NCBI GenBank assembly: GCA_043228905.1 | Contig: JBHGNT010000011.1 | Span: 14,694,001-14,758,000, forward strand | Source of the DNA: Azolla caroliniana | Lineage: Eukaryota; Plantae; Polypodiophyta | Direction: 5' to 3' | DNA length: 64,000 nt | Shown: positions 23,480-36,204 of the stretch, piece by piece | Layout of the letters: each line of letters begins with the position of its first letter | How positions within the stretch are numbered: the stretch's first letter is position 1 | Program-made: the position numbers and the translations under genes | The notes under the pieces: model-generated | What the model saw: the letters and a program-made list of their open reading frames with translations, nothing else | Told to the model about the DNA's origin: nothing | The model's database searches: none

Positions 23480-25321
23480 GTTGATTTATTTATTAGGTTC
23501 AAACGAATGCATCCAACTATCAAAGTTCAATTACGAACATTTGAGTCTCTTAAGCCACACTTTGTGAGACGCTTAAAGGATCGATACACATGTTGTTGCA
23601 TTTACCATGTACAGATGGGTTTTCTAAAGGACTCTGTTAATCTACTACGTCACCATAGCGCATCCCTAACTAATACAGTTTGCACATGTGGGTGCCCAAT
23701 CTATCGATCAAGCCCGCAAGAGGAGTGTAAATCATCTGAGCACGTTATCTCTTCCATGAGTTATTTATTAGATTCAATATTGTGTCAGAGAGAAACTGAC
23801 GCTATCTTCCATAGTCATAAATGTGTCATGGGTTTATGTCAAGATTGTGGCCCTACTAGATTTAGGTGGTGTCCAAATGAATTGAGTAGTGAAATATTGA
23901 TCTCTGTGAAGTTATTTGAGTCAATGAACACCAATTTCGAAGGAAAGGTGTGTAAAAGAAAGGATCTAGTTCGGAAGATGCTTAAACCAAGGGATTTGGT
24001 GTCTCTGTTTGTAGTATCTCTTGGAAAGTTCATTAAACACAATTTCATTTATTCATGGCAGGCCCATCAGTTTAAGACTTGCATATCTGATTTCCCAAAT
24101 GATGTAGTAGTCTCAGTAGTAGATTTCGCAGAGAATTATACTTTCAAGCAGCAGAATGAAAATCAATCTATGCATTGGTGTTCAGTTCAGGTAACCATTT
24201 TTGTGCACATAACATATTTTCGAGTTTCAGGTGATGTTAAAAAAGTAATTCATTTCTTTATTTCTGATGATAAGAAGCATGATACCTTGTTCGTCCAACA
24301 TTGTTTTAAGTTACATTGGCAGTGGTTATTAGCTCAACGTTTGGAGCTTACTCAACATTGGGTCTAGTCTGACGGAGCTGCATCACAATTCAAGGCTCGA
24401 TCTCCATTTTATTTTGTGGGGAGGTATCCTGCTATAACAGGTTTGGAGATGAGATGGAATTTTTTTGGGTTTGGCCATGGTAAAGGTGAACATGATGGTG
24501 CAAGGGCTGTTATAAAGCGGGCACTTACCCATGAAGAACTAAAGACAGATGGTGTGTACATGAATTGTGCATCACATGTAGTTGAATTTTTAAGAACAAA
24601 TATGTCAACGAGTGCAACATGTGTTTATTCCTCGCAAGTCCGAGATATCAAACGTGAATTTTGGGAAGTGAAGATAGATGAAGTAAATAGGGAGAAGACC
24701 TGGGAGTGCCAAGGACTTCCCGAATTGCGATCTCTGCATGTTGTTCGTGGTTATTACAGGTTGGATGGTCATTGTATTGCGTTTAGAGAATTGACTTGTT
24801 TTTGCTTCCATTGTGTGTAGGGAAATTGGAGATATTGTCTAAACAAAGCATACATTCAGAATTGGGAGTATCACACTCTGAATGATAAGGACGCAGTTGA
24901 TGGAGAAACAGGGCAGAATGTGGACTTCACATATGAGGGACTTGGAGATACCTTGAGTGATGTCCTGAACGTTGGGGATAACTTCGCTGTAAATGCTGAA
25001 GAAGGCAATTTAGAGGGTGTTGATTTCTATATATTGAAGTGCACGGTTAGTAAACAATGTGCAAGGCAGAATATTGTAGATGCATGGGGAAATTTTGTAT
25101 CTGTCGAGACATTCTACATCGAAGGCATTTTTTATGCAAAACTAGATGACTACGAATATGTGTACAGGCTATTAGAAGACAAACCAGCGGCGTACATGTA
25201 CTCTCATTTGGTCAGGTGCATCAACGTCCCAACGTCAGAATACAATAGTTGCTCAGGTTTATACACTGTTGGTGCTAATGTGTATGAAAATATTTACAAT
25301 AGTATGCCATGGAATTTGTAG
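23480..25321 (+). pseudogene. Transposase exon 2 (DDD-type catalytic domain, Sola2-like motifs), two in-frame stops
   Basis: TCCCIYH, Cys-rich region, VDFAENY..Q..HW..QVT, ISDDKKHD, (W)SDGAASQFK, FGHGKGEHDG, CFCFHC; the three ORF pieces share one frame; acceptor AG at 23478-23479. Confidence 0.8.
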
Positions 25322-25670
25322 CTACAAGTAGCAATTATCATGTTCTCTTGTAAAACAAACATGTATTTCGCGAAAACAATTAAATAAATTCGTTTGAGAA
25401 TCAATTTCTTGTATACAATCTGCTTTCTGTGCTTCTTTTTCAATAAAATCATGTCTTTTTTGTTAAGTTTTAAGTTATAAGTTATAGCGAAATAGTCATT
25501 CAGTAGCTAATTAGTTGTACAAATGCAGCTAATTAGTTGTCAATAGCTAAATAGTCATCAATAGCATGAAATCAACAATTTGCAACATATTCCTCAAATT
25601 ACACAGTAGATAAGTACAGTGGGAACAAGTAATTAAATTCTTCATTGAATAATGTCATCTCTTTACATAT

Positions 25671-28600
25671 TTATAAATTACCATTGGAAATGTCTACAAA
25701 TCTCCTATAAACAGCTAAGCTCTTGCTAGTCAGTGGAACGAGTCTACATATATTATCCGCATATCGAGCTCGGTATGGAGTCCACAACCATGCACCTAGT
25801 TGGCAGCTCACTGTTTGCACCAGGTACTGTTCAGGCATTTCCTCGGGTAGAATGAGACAGCATCTCCGAATATTGAAGTAGTGCCGGAAATGTTCTGTAT
25901 CCAAAATCAATGTGTTGTCGGCATTATATTCAGGCTAAGTAGCCCAAAAATCAGAAAGTCTCTTGAATCTTGCAGCTTCCATTTGCTCACAATTTTCTCA
26001 TGCCCATTGACCTTTAAAATGACTTCGTCATTTTGGGAAGAATCTTGCTAAACACTTCCACACATCTGATTTTGGTTTTTCACTCCAAATAAACAAATCA
26101 AAGTATTGCACAGCCCACTCTAGAAACTGATTCATGTCCTTCCTTGGCTGCATATATCTCACACTCATCAAGACTTTATCAAGCTCCAAGATGAAGGCTC
26201 TTCTTTCGACTTCTAGTGGTTTAGGTTTCCATTCCTGAAAATGAGCCACTGTTACACCATTTTCTGGTAGGACACGATCAATCTCAATCAGCTCAGGTTA
26301 GGCCGACACAACTGGCGGCCTTTTCCTCTTCAAACCCTTAGTCAACTGTGTTGGGCCGGGCTTCACATTCTGGTTCTCTTCTTTTGTCGACTTAGTTATC
26401 AATCCTTGGATTACCTTGGTGCATGTAGCTACTAATCTACTCGATATCAGTCCACTGGTATCACATGTTGCATCTACCTACAACATCAAGTCATTTGTGC
26501 AACATGCTGCATCTACCTGCAACATCAAGTCATCCGTGCAACATGCTTGATCAACTTGTGTGACCAAATCACTTGTGTCAATTGCTACATCTACTTTCAA
26601 GATGGGGCCCTTTAAACACGTCGTAACATCAACAGTATCCACACTGCCATTAGCCTTACGAGCAATAGAATCAAACCCTTTAGACTCTACAACATCAGAA
26701 AACACCAACATATTTACACTCACAAAGTAACTAACAGTCTCACAAAACAACATCCTGAACATCAAAGAGTTTCAGTCATAAAACAACACTCTTCAAATTA
26801 TCTTGGAAAAACATCATAGAGTTCCATTACATAATGTGGATCAAGCAACAACCAATCTGAGGTTTTACTTGTCCAATAGGATAGTAAAACTTCATAAAAC
26901 CCTAGCAAAATCCCTAAGCTAACAATCATATCCAACTAAACAGTATTTCGCTCCACTACGTCTGGGCCCCTTGACCGAGTAACTGGTCTTGTTCCCAATC
27001 GTGGCCCCTTCTTCAGCCTTTTTCTGGTCTGTTACCCATTTAGCCTTGCTTCTTTCACCCAATGCGCAAGTGTGTCCTCCTCCGACAACCTTCCCATTGC
27101 CTCAACAGCTAATTGCACATCAGCCGTTTCTTGCGCTAGCTTTTCAAGTACAGAGGGATCTGTTTGGACATTTTCAGTAGTTGGGCTCGGTTTAATGGAA
27201 TCAAGGTCTTGAGATTCGAAGAAATGTTGCATCAAGTGTTCATAAACACTATTGTTGTGAACCTCAGTTTTACATGTTGTTTCCACTATTTCATGGCATT
27301 TCACATCGTTGCCTAATTCAGTTCACTGTTCCAAAACAATAGGGTGGAGCTGATCTGAAGGAGATGTGATAGCAGGACTCTTACTTTCAACCACGTTGGC
27401 AGCAATATCCTCATCTGTTGCAGCGTCATCAGCACCAGACACATCATGTGTCGTCCTTAATCCACAAGATTCTACAATAACATGGCAGCTATTTAGGATA
27501 GCTAATTAGCTACTTTACTAAACTATGGTAGTAGCTAGCATAGCTAATTAGCTACTTTACTCAACTATGGTAGTAGGTAGGATAGCTAATTAGCTACTTT
27601 ACTAAGTATGGTAGTAGCTAGGATAGCTAATTAGCTAGCTACTTTACTCAACTATGGTAGTAGGTAGGATAGCTAATTAGCTACTTTACTCAACTATGGT
27701 AGTAGCTAGGATAGCTAATTAGCTACTTCACTCAACTATGGTAGTAGCTAGGATAGCTAATTAGCTACTTTACTAACTATGGTAGTAGCTAGGATAGCTA
27801 ATTAGCTACTATGGTAGCTAATTAGCTACTTTACTCAACTATGGTAGTAGCTAGGATAGCTAATTAGCTACTAGGATAGCTAATTAGCTACTTTTCTCAA
27901 CTATGGTAATAGCTAGGATACCTAAATAGCTACTTTACACAACTATGGCAGTAGCTAATTAGCTACAATGATAGCTAATTAGCTACTTTCTCAACTATGT
28001 AGTAGCTAGGATAGCTTATTAGCTACTAGGATAGCTAATTAGTTGCCAGTAGCTAATTAGCTACTAGGATAGCTTATTAGCTACTTTACACAACTATGGC
28101 AGTAGCTAATTAGCTACTAGGATAGCTTATTAGCTACTTTACACAACTATGGCAGTAGCTAATTAGCTACTAGGATAGCTAATTAGTTGCCAGTAGCTAA
28201 TTAGCTAGTAGGATAGCTAATTAGCTTTTTTACACAACAATGGTACTAGCTAATTAGCTAGCTACTAGGATAGCTAATTAGCTAGTATCATAGCTAATTA
28301 GCTACTAGGATAGCTAATTAGCTAGTATCATAGCTAATTAGCTACTAGGATAGCTAATTAGCTAGTATCATAGCTAATTAGCTACTAGGATAGCTAATTA
28401 GCTAGTAGCTCATTAGCTGTCAGTAGCTAATTAGCTAGTAGGATAGCTAATTAGCTACTTTACACAACTATGGTACTAGCTAATTAGCTATGAGTAGCTA
28501 ATTAGCTAGTAGTTAACTAACTGCCAATAGCTAATTAGTTGCTAGTAGGATAGCTAATTATCTAGTAGCTAACTAGCTACCACTTAGCTAATTAACTACT

Positions 28601-30071
28601 GTAGTAAACTATGGCAGTAGCTAATTAGCTAATAGGATAGCTATTAGCTGCTTTAATCAAATATGGTAGTAGCTAATTAGCTACAACGATAGCAACAAAA
28701 TAGTTTCCATACTTTTTACGGCTTAGCTAATTAGAAAAGTCTAAGCTTATTAGCTACAGTATGGTATACCTGTTAGTTTTCTCCACTCATTTGGTAGAAT
28801 TGTACTGCAATCTCCCAAACAGAATGCAGCAATTCGACAGGCATGTTGAAAACAAAGCAGATCGTAGGTGTGGTTGCATGGTTGTAGGTGAACCAACAAA
28901 GTCGCAGTTTTGTCCTCCACACCTAACCCGCAAGCGATGCAACGTGCTTGAACTGTCAATAAATCATTTTCTGGTTCTCCTTCATTTGGTAAGGGAGCAA
29001 GAATGTTTAGGTCTAAATCCTGTCTGGTCCTTACCATTCCCTCCACAAAATGTAGCTACTTCTTAAGGCAGCTAACTACCTGTTCTTGATGAATGTATTG
29101 TTCCTTCAACGCAATAGAGAAATTTACCGATTAATTATTCCTGTCTGAGAAAGATACACCAACTTTGCTCAGGAATCGTTAACTTACTTAAAGCTTTTCC
29201 AAATTGTAATCTGCAACAGTATTTACACCTAGAAGGTCCAGGTTCATTGAAAGAACCTGGATCTTTATTTGTAGTTGTATTTTACACTGGGGATCCAGTG
29301 GCCCCTCTAATTCAAGCTCCTGTTGCGCAACCTATTCCAGATAATGCTTGATTAGCACATTTTACCCTTAAAGTTATTTATAACACAATCACATACCAGC
29401 AAAACAATAGTTACCTGAATCTTATTTCTAATCGTTGTAACAGCGGTAGTAACTTTGCTCTCCATTGCAGAAGTCATTGTGGCTTTCTCTAAATCAATCT
29501 TAAAAAATGCCAATGTCTCACAGGCTTCATGGACATTTTTTAGCATATAGCTAACCAGTGTCTCACCTGTATCATCGACATTGGCTTTCCTTGGGTGTCG
29601 GTGTGGTGTATGCCCCCGGTTTTGTTGGGAGTCGGCAGTTGTATCAACAGCTACCATGCTCCAAAATCTGTCTATTTTTTGTGCCAAGGTCCCCATCTTT
29701 CAGCATCTTTTTACTGATGCCTCACCATAGATTGCCCAAGCTACCCTATACATTTCAGGGTCTCTGGATTCCTTCGTTGTTTTGCAGTACTCATATGCAA
29801 ATGCTCTAGCAAATGAAACTGACAACTCATTGTTGACTAGGATCTCCTGATGAACTTTCTGGTGCAGCCTCATGCAGTCATCGTACAAGTCGGCTCGTAC
29901 ATGCTTCAGCTTGACCTTGCCTTTGACTCTAAGCACTGTATATACTGTCATCCAGTCTACATCACTGATCAATTTATCACTTAGGACAGCAGGGTCAACA
30001 CCCTCGAGTGACAGACCATAGGTGTTGTGGAAGTCCTCCTTTGTCTCGCAAAATTTTGCGAAGTTTAACAC
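25671..30071 (-). pseudogene. Multi-exon cargo gene: unknown N-terminus, RING-like finger, C-terminal FCP1/NIF-like HAD domain
   Basis: RCIACG...PCNHTYDLLCF...C (28770-29000); AFILELDKVL..PRKDMNQFLEWAVQYFDLFIWS and NTLILD (25671-26250); GT-AG intron 27472-28769; scattered stops. Confidence 0.6.
27485..28757. repeat. Second TAGCTAATTAGCTA palindromic array, in the cargo-gene intron
   Basis: Units such as GGATAGCTAATTAGCTACTTTACTCAACTATGGTAGTAGCTA repeated in tandem. Confidence 0.95.
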
Positions 30072-30149
30072 TCTCGGATACGGAGGAACGAGCCATTTGA
30101 AATATCATTTCAGAAATCAGAAATAGCGCAAAATCAAAATATGTCAGAA

Positions 30150-30610
30150 TCAGAAACCCCAATCAACAACAACAGAAATAGTGCAAAATCTTTAACTTAG
30201 CAAATCAGAAACCCTAATCATAATTTGTATTCAGAAATTTGAAATCAGAAACCCTAATCAAAATCTGTAATCAAAAGTTTGAAATCAAAAACCCTAATCA
30301 AAATCTGTAATCAGAAGTTTGTAACCAGAAACCCTATTCAAAAATTCTAATAAAAAATTTATAATCAAAAATTTCAATCACAAACCCTAATAAAAAATTC
30401 TATACAGAAATTTATAAACAAAAACCCTATTTAGAAATTCTAATCTGTAATCAAAATTTGTAACCAGAAACCCTATTCGGAAATTCTAATCAGAAATTTA
30501 TAATCAAAAACCCTAATCAGAAATTTCAATCACAAACCCTAATCAGAAATTCTAATCAGAAATTTATAAACAAAAACCCTAATCAGAAATTTCAATCAAA
30601 AACCCCAATC
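30150..30610. repeat. Tandem array containing AAACCCTA (telo-box-like) units
   Basis: About 10 copies of AAACCCTAATCAGAAATT-like units at roughly 20-50 bp spacing. Confidence 0.85.
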
Positions 30611-31142
30611 ATCACTAAAGACAGGATTAAACACAAAAAAAAGTAATATAAACACACATGCTGCTACTCCTCGATCTACGAGACATCCTTGTATGGGACT
30701 CCAAGGACTTTGCCCTATTCGATTTTGGGGAAATATGAATCGGCACCAAAGTTCAGACAGTAGTCAAAAAGAAAAAACAAATGTTTGGGGTTTCTGTAAC
30801 TGAAACATACCTGGACGATGATCGAGCGGGTTCTGTGTTGTAGGTCTCAATTTGCAATGTCGATTTTCTGTTGCTGCGAGAACTACGTCTGCGTTCGTGC
30901 TCTAAGTACTCCATCTGCGTTCAAAATCAAACTTAGGCTAAACAGGAAATTGATGACATTGAAGTCGACCTTAGATGATGGTGCTATTCCACAAGTTCCA
31001 CTACGTCTGAAACACAAGTTCAAATATTTGAGTTTTTTCATAAATTAGTTTTTCAAATATTTGATTTTCCCACGAAAAAGAGTAGCTAAACAAATAGCTA
31101 ATTAGCTATGGCCATTTTAGTAGCCAATTACCTATAATAGTG

Positions 31143-31932
31143 TTTCCACTCTCATGCTTTTACCCTCATATCCCTCTATTGGATATTGTTGAGCTCTTGC
31201 TAGAGCTGCACCTTCCGAGCCGTGGTACTTGTTGCAAAAATCTTTTTCAAATTTTCCCAGGCCTCCTTTGGTGTCTTCACATCCCGAATGTAGCCCAGTA
31301 TCTGATCGTGCATGCAGGACGCAAGGCAATACAAGACTCTGCTTGCTCCTTGTTCCCAAACCGGAAAGTCCTTGTGTGTCAAATCCAGTGCTACTTCGTT
31401 TCCCCCTTCCACATAGCTCTAGTAGCCGTGACCCAGCACGTACTGGTGCATCTTGTAGGAACAAGATGCATAGTTCCTCAGATCAAGCTTTTTGGTTGGA
31501 AGTGAGATTGACATGCTTCTGTCCATTTTCTTCTTCTTGTTTGTTCTTAACCGGGTTTTAGGATTTATCTGTGTTGAACGCTTGTCAGTAGTAGAGGATT
31601 CTCAACCCTTGCGCTCAGATATGATGTGAAGCGTGCGGAAGCTAAAACAGACACAACCGGCTCAACCGGATAGCAACAGAAAACACAGAGAATCAATGGA
31701 GAACACAAAGAATATAGAATACTCTGGAGAGACACAAAGAGAGTGAACACAGACAACTCGATTTCAAAAATAACACTCTGTACAATCAAATGTGCTCAAA
31801 GAGCACTTTTATACAAGTCCATAAAGAACTGACTGAAGTACTAACAAGTACTTTAGTGCTCATAACTGAGCTATTGACACTAAGTCCTAGGAATATAACT
31901 TCCTAGTAATCTAGGATTGTAGGCCTCTAACA
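31143..31932 (-). mobile_element. Copia fragment: LTR 31572-31932 plus truncated gag
   Basis: TGTTG...TAACA; gag WEQGASRVLYCLASC..KTPKEAWENLKKIF..QELNNIQ. Confidence 0.75.
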
Positions 31933-31989
31933 ACCTACCAGCTCCACACGGATTCGCCTCACCGATCCGATCCAGGCCTAGCCAATCGG

Positions 31990-34170
31990 TCTTCACCCAA
32001 TCCAACACTCAGCTTGTTCAGCCGATCTGGCCCACATTGAGCTTGCTCGCTCAACTACCTCATCCAAATCGAGAATAAACATTCGGCCTTCTTTTCTTCC
32101 TCTAGCTATGAGTCGACCATTCTTTTCTATGAAGCATCCTTCGTTGTTGAAACGGATTTGCATGCCTTGCTCCATGATTTGGCCGACCGAGACCAAATTC
32201 TTTGTTATTGTAAGTCTTAGAACGTGCAAGATATTCTAGATGCAATTCTTTTTGTTGTCCTTGCCGATGTGCGGAATAGGATGTGTGGTGTCATCTCCCG
32301 CTCTATGTAGCCAAGTCGATCCGGCTTTCTTAAGTCACGAAACCACTCCTTGTGTGATGTCATATTATGTGAGGCGCTGGAGTCGACGAACCACATGTCT
32401 TCCAAGTTGGAGGTGTTTGTGGAGTCGGAGGCTGACATAGAGTTCACTCTATGTCTCATTATGATTAGTCCACCATAGTTGTCGAATTCGGAGTTGGTGG
32501 CATAATTTGTGAGTTGTCAGCTTGTAGAGGCTAACTCGTGCTTCTTCTTTTGGCACTCTTCTTTGCGATGGCCAATCTTCCCACAATAGTTGGAAGTAAG
32601 TGGCATGGTTTTCCAACCTTGTTCGGCATGGACGCTCCCCCTTCTTACGAAGGTTCCTTGATGGCTTTTGTCTTCTTGTCGAAGGTTTGAGTTCCCTTCG
32701 TGAAATGGGCCGAATCAACCTCTTCTCTCGCCAAGATTGCCATCCTTATCAGATCGAACCGTTGTGCAAGTGCACCCAAGCACAGTTGCACTATTTCGTC
32801 CTCTTCAATGTTTATGTTGATGGAGCTAAGTGAGTCGCAAATGCACTTGATCTTGAAGGTGTAATCCGACATGGACATATCCTTTTGTTCTATGTTGTTC
32901 AACTCTTGCCGGAGTTGAAGCTTGTGGGTAATCGTGTTGGCGGCGAATGTTTTCTTCAAGTTCTCCCACGCTTCTTTAGGCGTCTTGGCGTCTCGAAATC
33001 TCGAATATGGCTAAGCATGTGATCATGGACAAATGTTTCCAAACAATACATTACCCGACTTGCTCCTTACTCCCATGTTGGGTAGATGGCGTTTGTGATG
33101 TCGGGTTTGTTTTCGAGTGTGCCATTGATGTAGCTCCAATACCCTTGGCCAAGTAGGTATTGGTTCATCTTGTACTCCCAAGATGAAAATTTTCTCCGGT
33201 CTAGCTTTTCACTAGGGAGTGCACTACCCATTTGTGTGTTCATGTTGATATAGTGTCTTCCTTTTTGGTTTTTCTTCCTTTGGTCACGTACACATGCTAC
33301 GTAGCAACACTATAGAAGCGGATAGCCGGATTTGTCATCGGTGTATCGAACACACAATCACTATGAGTTGGGTGGGCTTAGTGGATATGCTAAATCACAT
33401 GCTCTCATACCATGTAAATAATTAGGTAATTAAAACACTTATGAACAATAAGACAAGTGCGGGGATTCGTGCCCTGAGATTTGTGTGAAAGATCAACTCG
33501 GAAATACACAATAACGCAGAAACAGGAAATACAACGAATAGACAGAGATATACCATGCACCAGTTTTACATGGAAACCCTAAACAAGGGAAAACCACATG
33601 AATAGAGATCCTCTATTTAAGAGAGTACTGAAAGAAACAGTTACATTTCATCAGAGAAGATATCAGAGGATAACGCACTTAGGGTTCTTGGCAAGTTCAT
33701 TGAACTTTGCCACCGCTCTCTCTTCTCTGTCAATCACAACAACTATTTTAGTTTTACTCTTGTGTAGTACAGAAGCTATGTTTGCCCTAAGTGTATTTAT
33801 ACTTATACACTAAATGGGCTATTTACAAATATTATCTTCCGATATATTAATGCCAGTGACAGTTAATCAACCGACTGGTCAACTAGTCGACTCCTGTGTC
33901 AACTGTCCAGTCTATCTGACTAGTCAGCCTTGTCGTCGACCCTCTGGTCGGCCCGACTAGTTGGTCATGTCTTCAACTTGGATCACATCTGCAACACTAT
34001 CGACTCCCCATGTCTTCGATTGTCGGTTCTCAACCCGACCAGTCAAAACTCCTCTTTGTCATCGACTGTCGTCTCTCAACTCTACTAGTCGGCTACACCT
34101 TGTCTTCGATTGTCAGCTCTTACACAGCCGAACAGTCGGCTCCTCCCACAAGAGGGACATATTCCTAACA
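31990..34170 (-). mobile_element. Copia fragment: 5' LTR 33413-34170, tRNA-iMet PBS, gag-protease-pre-integrase remnant
   Basis: PBS TGGTATGAGAGC (33401-33412, minus strand); GSALPSEKLD..WEYKMNQYL, KLQLRQELNNI, WFVDSSASHNMT, KNLVSVGQI. Confidence 0.85.
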
Positions 34171-34569
34171 ACAAGATGGGGGATGATTAACAAGAGTGTA
34201 GCTAAAGACTTCTCTCTATATTAATAAGCATCATCAAAATACAAAAATACCCATAATGAGGTATTATAGATCTTATGTGCAAGGGTGCTCATGTGTGAGC
34301 AGAATATAGGTATAAAGGTGTAAGTCCTATATTAAATGTACTTGGGAGTGGAGGATCTAGAATGTATCCCACTTAAGTACAAGGTCTCATTTAAGGCTTT
34401 AAGGTCAACACATTAACTAGATTCTATCTAGGTAACTACTAAGTTAAGTGGTTGACGAAATGACTAAACTTAGTTGAGCTTGATATCTCAACACCATTAA
34501 ATTGTTAAACCATGGGTTAACAATTTCGTTCAATTCGATCCGAAACAAGATCCATAGCAATCTACCACT

Positions 34570-34822
34570 TGCCTCTTTGTTCAGAAAGAGTCAACTATGA
34601 TTTCATGAAATTCTTTCTTCTACTTGTATCGATTGACCCATTTGCACAGTAGCGGATTCCTTCATGTTGGTAATTTGACTAACTCCCATGATTGATTGTC
34701 TTTTATTGAGTCCATTTCACATCTCATGGCTTGTAGCCATGTTTTGGCATCCGGCATGACTATAGCTTCCTCGTAGGAATTTGGTTAGCCGGCATCTGTG
34801 TAGTTGACATAGTTTAGGCCTG
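34570..34822 (-). pseudogene. Copia RT N-terminal fragment
   Basis: My translation: PNSYEEA..WLQAMRCEMDSIKDNQSWELVKLP..CKW. Confidence 0.75.
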
Positions 34823-35850
34823 GTTGATAGAACTCAGTCACCGGGTACAGAATGCTTTCCATGTTTTCTCAAATGCTACAAGTGTCTCACTTAATCGTAA
34901 TAAGTCAGTAGGCCTCTGGGTGGGTGAAGAAACTCACCATGTGTGGTATCCAGGTCCTCCTTTCCGATGGCTTCACCATGGTGAATCAATTTGGTATTTG
35001 GGATGTATGGTTGGTATAGATTTCAGCCTAGACGAAACGTTATCTCCGTAGGTCAAGAATAACGAAATTGCAAAGCTTGATCCATAATTTCCTCTTCGGG
35101 GGGAGGGGGGGGACATGGATCTCTAACAGTATCCAAAGTTGCTTAGAATGTGTTGATTCGACCTAAAATCCATGGAGGTTTGGGTTTGGTAGATCCTTTG
35201 ATGCAGTCACAAGCCCTCTTGACTAAGTTTGTGATCAGAGGATTGTTGCCAGGATCAGAAGCCTAGAAAGGAATATTTCTAAATCAGCTAATGCAATTAA
35301 GTTCTAAGATGGGAGGAGTTTGGTCACCCTCTCTAAAGTGTTTTTCCTTGAATGATGTGCAAACGCCAAGGCAGAATATTGCATCCAATAGATTTTTGCT
35401 AGGAATCATAAGGGTATGGGATGTGATTGAGTCAATTTTGCTTAAGGACAATCCTTCTACGTGGAATGCATTACTTAGTCAACCTCTTCTTGCCAATTCT
35501 CTATTTCGGGATATTAAATGCAAGAAAAGTGTTGGGCCTGAGAACTTGTCTTGCCTAGGGTAAATTGGATAATGCGTTAGCTGCATCTGTAAAAACTTGA
35601 ACTCAATTTAAGTCAGTGGTTGCTAAAACTAGAAAGAAATGGATGCTTGATCCTTATCCTTCCATCATTCGCATGTGTGATATGTTGTGGTTGTACACAA
35701 AAGATTGTGTTGCAAGATTAATATGGGATCCGAGGAGTTGGTTTTGGTCACAGTCCTTGGGGGAACAAACCATAAAGGTTCCCTTCTTTCAATACTCAGT
35801 CAAACTTGGAAAGCCATTGCTGCTCTCTTGGAATGTACAGTGTCAATAGC
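34823..35850 (+). pseudogene. LINE ORF2 C-terminal remnant (late RT and thumb region)
   Basis: FSNATSVSLNRNKS..IWYLG; PKIHGGLGLVD near 35160; many stops. Confidence 0.7.
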
Positions 35851-36204
35851 CATGCTGACACTCTAACTCTAGCTGGTGGAAGGGCGATAATCGATGAGCT
35901 AGAGAAGAGCTTGAAGTTGTGGCCACAACAAGTCGAGGCGTCGCGTATGGCATTGTATCGGTTCGCAAACACTTCATCCTCGTCCATTTGGTACAAGCTT
36001 GCGTACCTCGAGGCGAAGGGAAGGATCATGGAGCGGGATCGAGTGTGGCAGATTGCTTTCGGGAGCGGGTTCAAGTGCAATAGTGCGGTGTGGATTGCGA
36101 TCAGTGCCAATCAAGGTCCATCACGACAACAACAGAATGCATGGTCGGATTGCATCCATGAATATCTTGTGGAGTGTTTAAATTCAATATATGTAAAAAA
36201 ATAA
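35851..36204 (+). pseudogene. KCS: 3-ketoacyl-CoA synthase (KCS/FAE1-like) C-terminal fragment
   Basis: [63 protein letters not shown] is the hallmark plant KCS C-terminus; the N-terminal part is absent. Confidence 0.93.

Larger units (their letters stand above)
13278..31142. mobile_element. Large DNA transposon (~9.6 kb without the nested LTR element) carrying two convergent spliced genes; right end reads CACTA on the minus strand; left terminus not found
   Basis: Transposase-like gene (+), cargo gene (-), and a shared TAGCTAATTAGCTA motif in both large introns, between the genes (~25500) and at the end (31082-31130); TAGTG at 31138-31142. Left boundary approximate. Confidence 0.6.

Noticed and set aside
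30150-30610. Interstitial telomere
   Set aside because: AAACCCT units are separated by non-telomeric sequence and are not contiguous heptamer repeats.
34171-34493. Possible additional LTR remnant ending ATCTCAACA
   Set aside because: No partner LTR, TSD, PBS or clear start identified.
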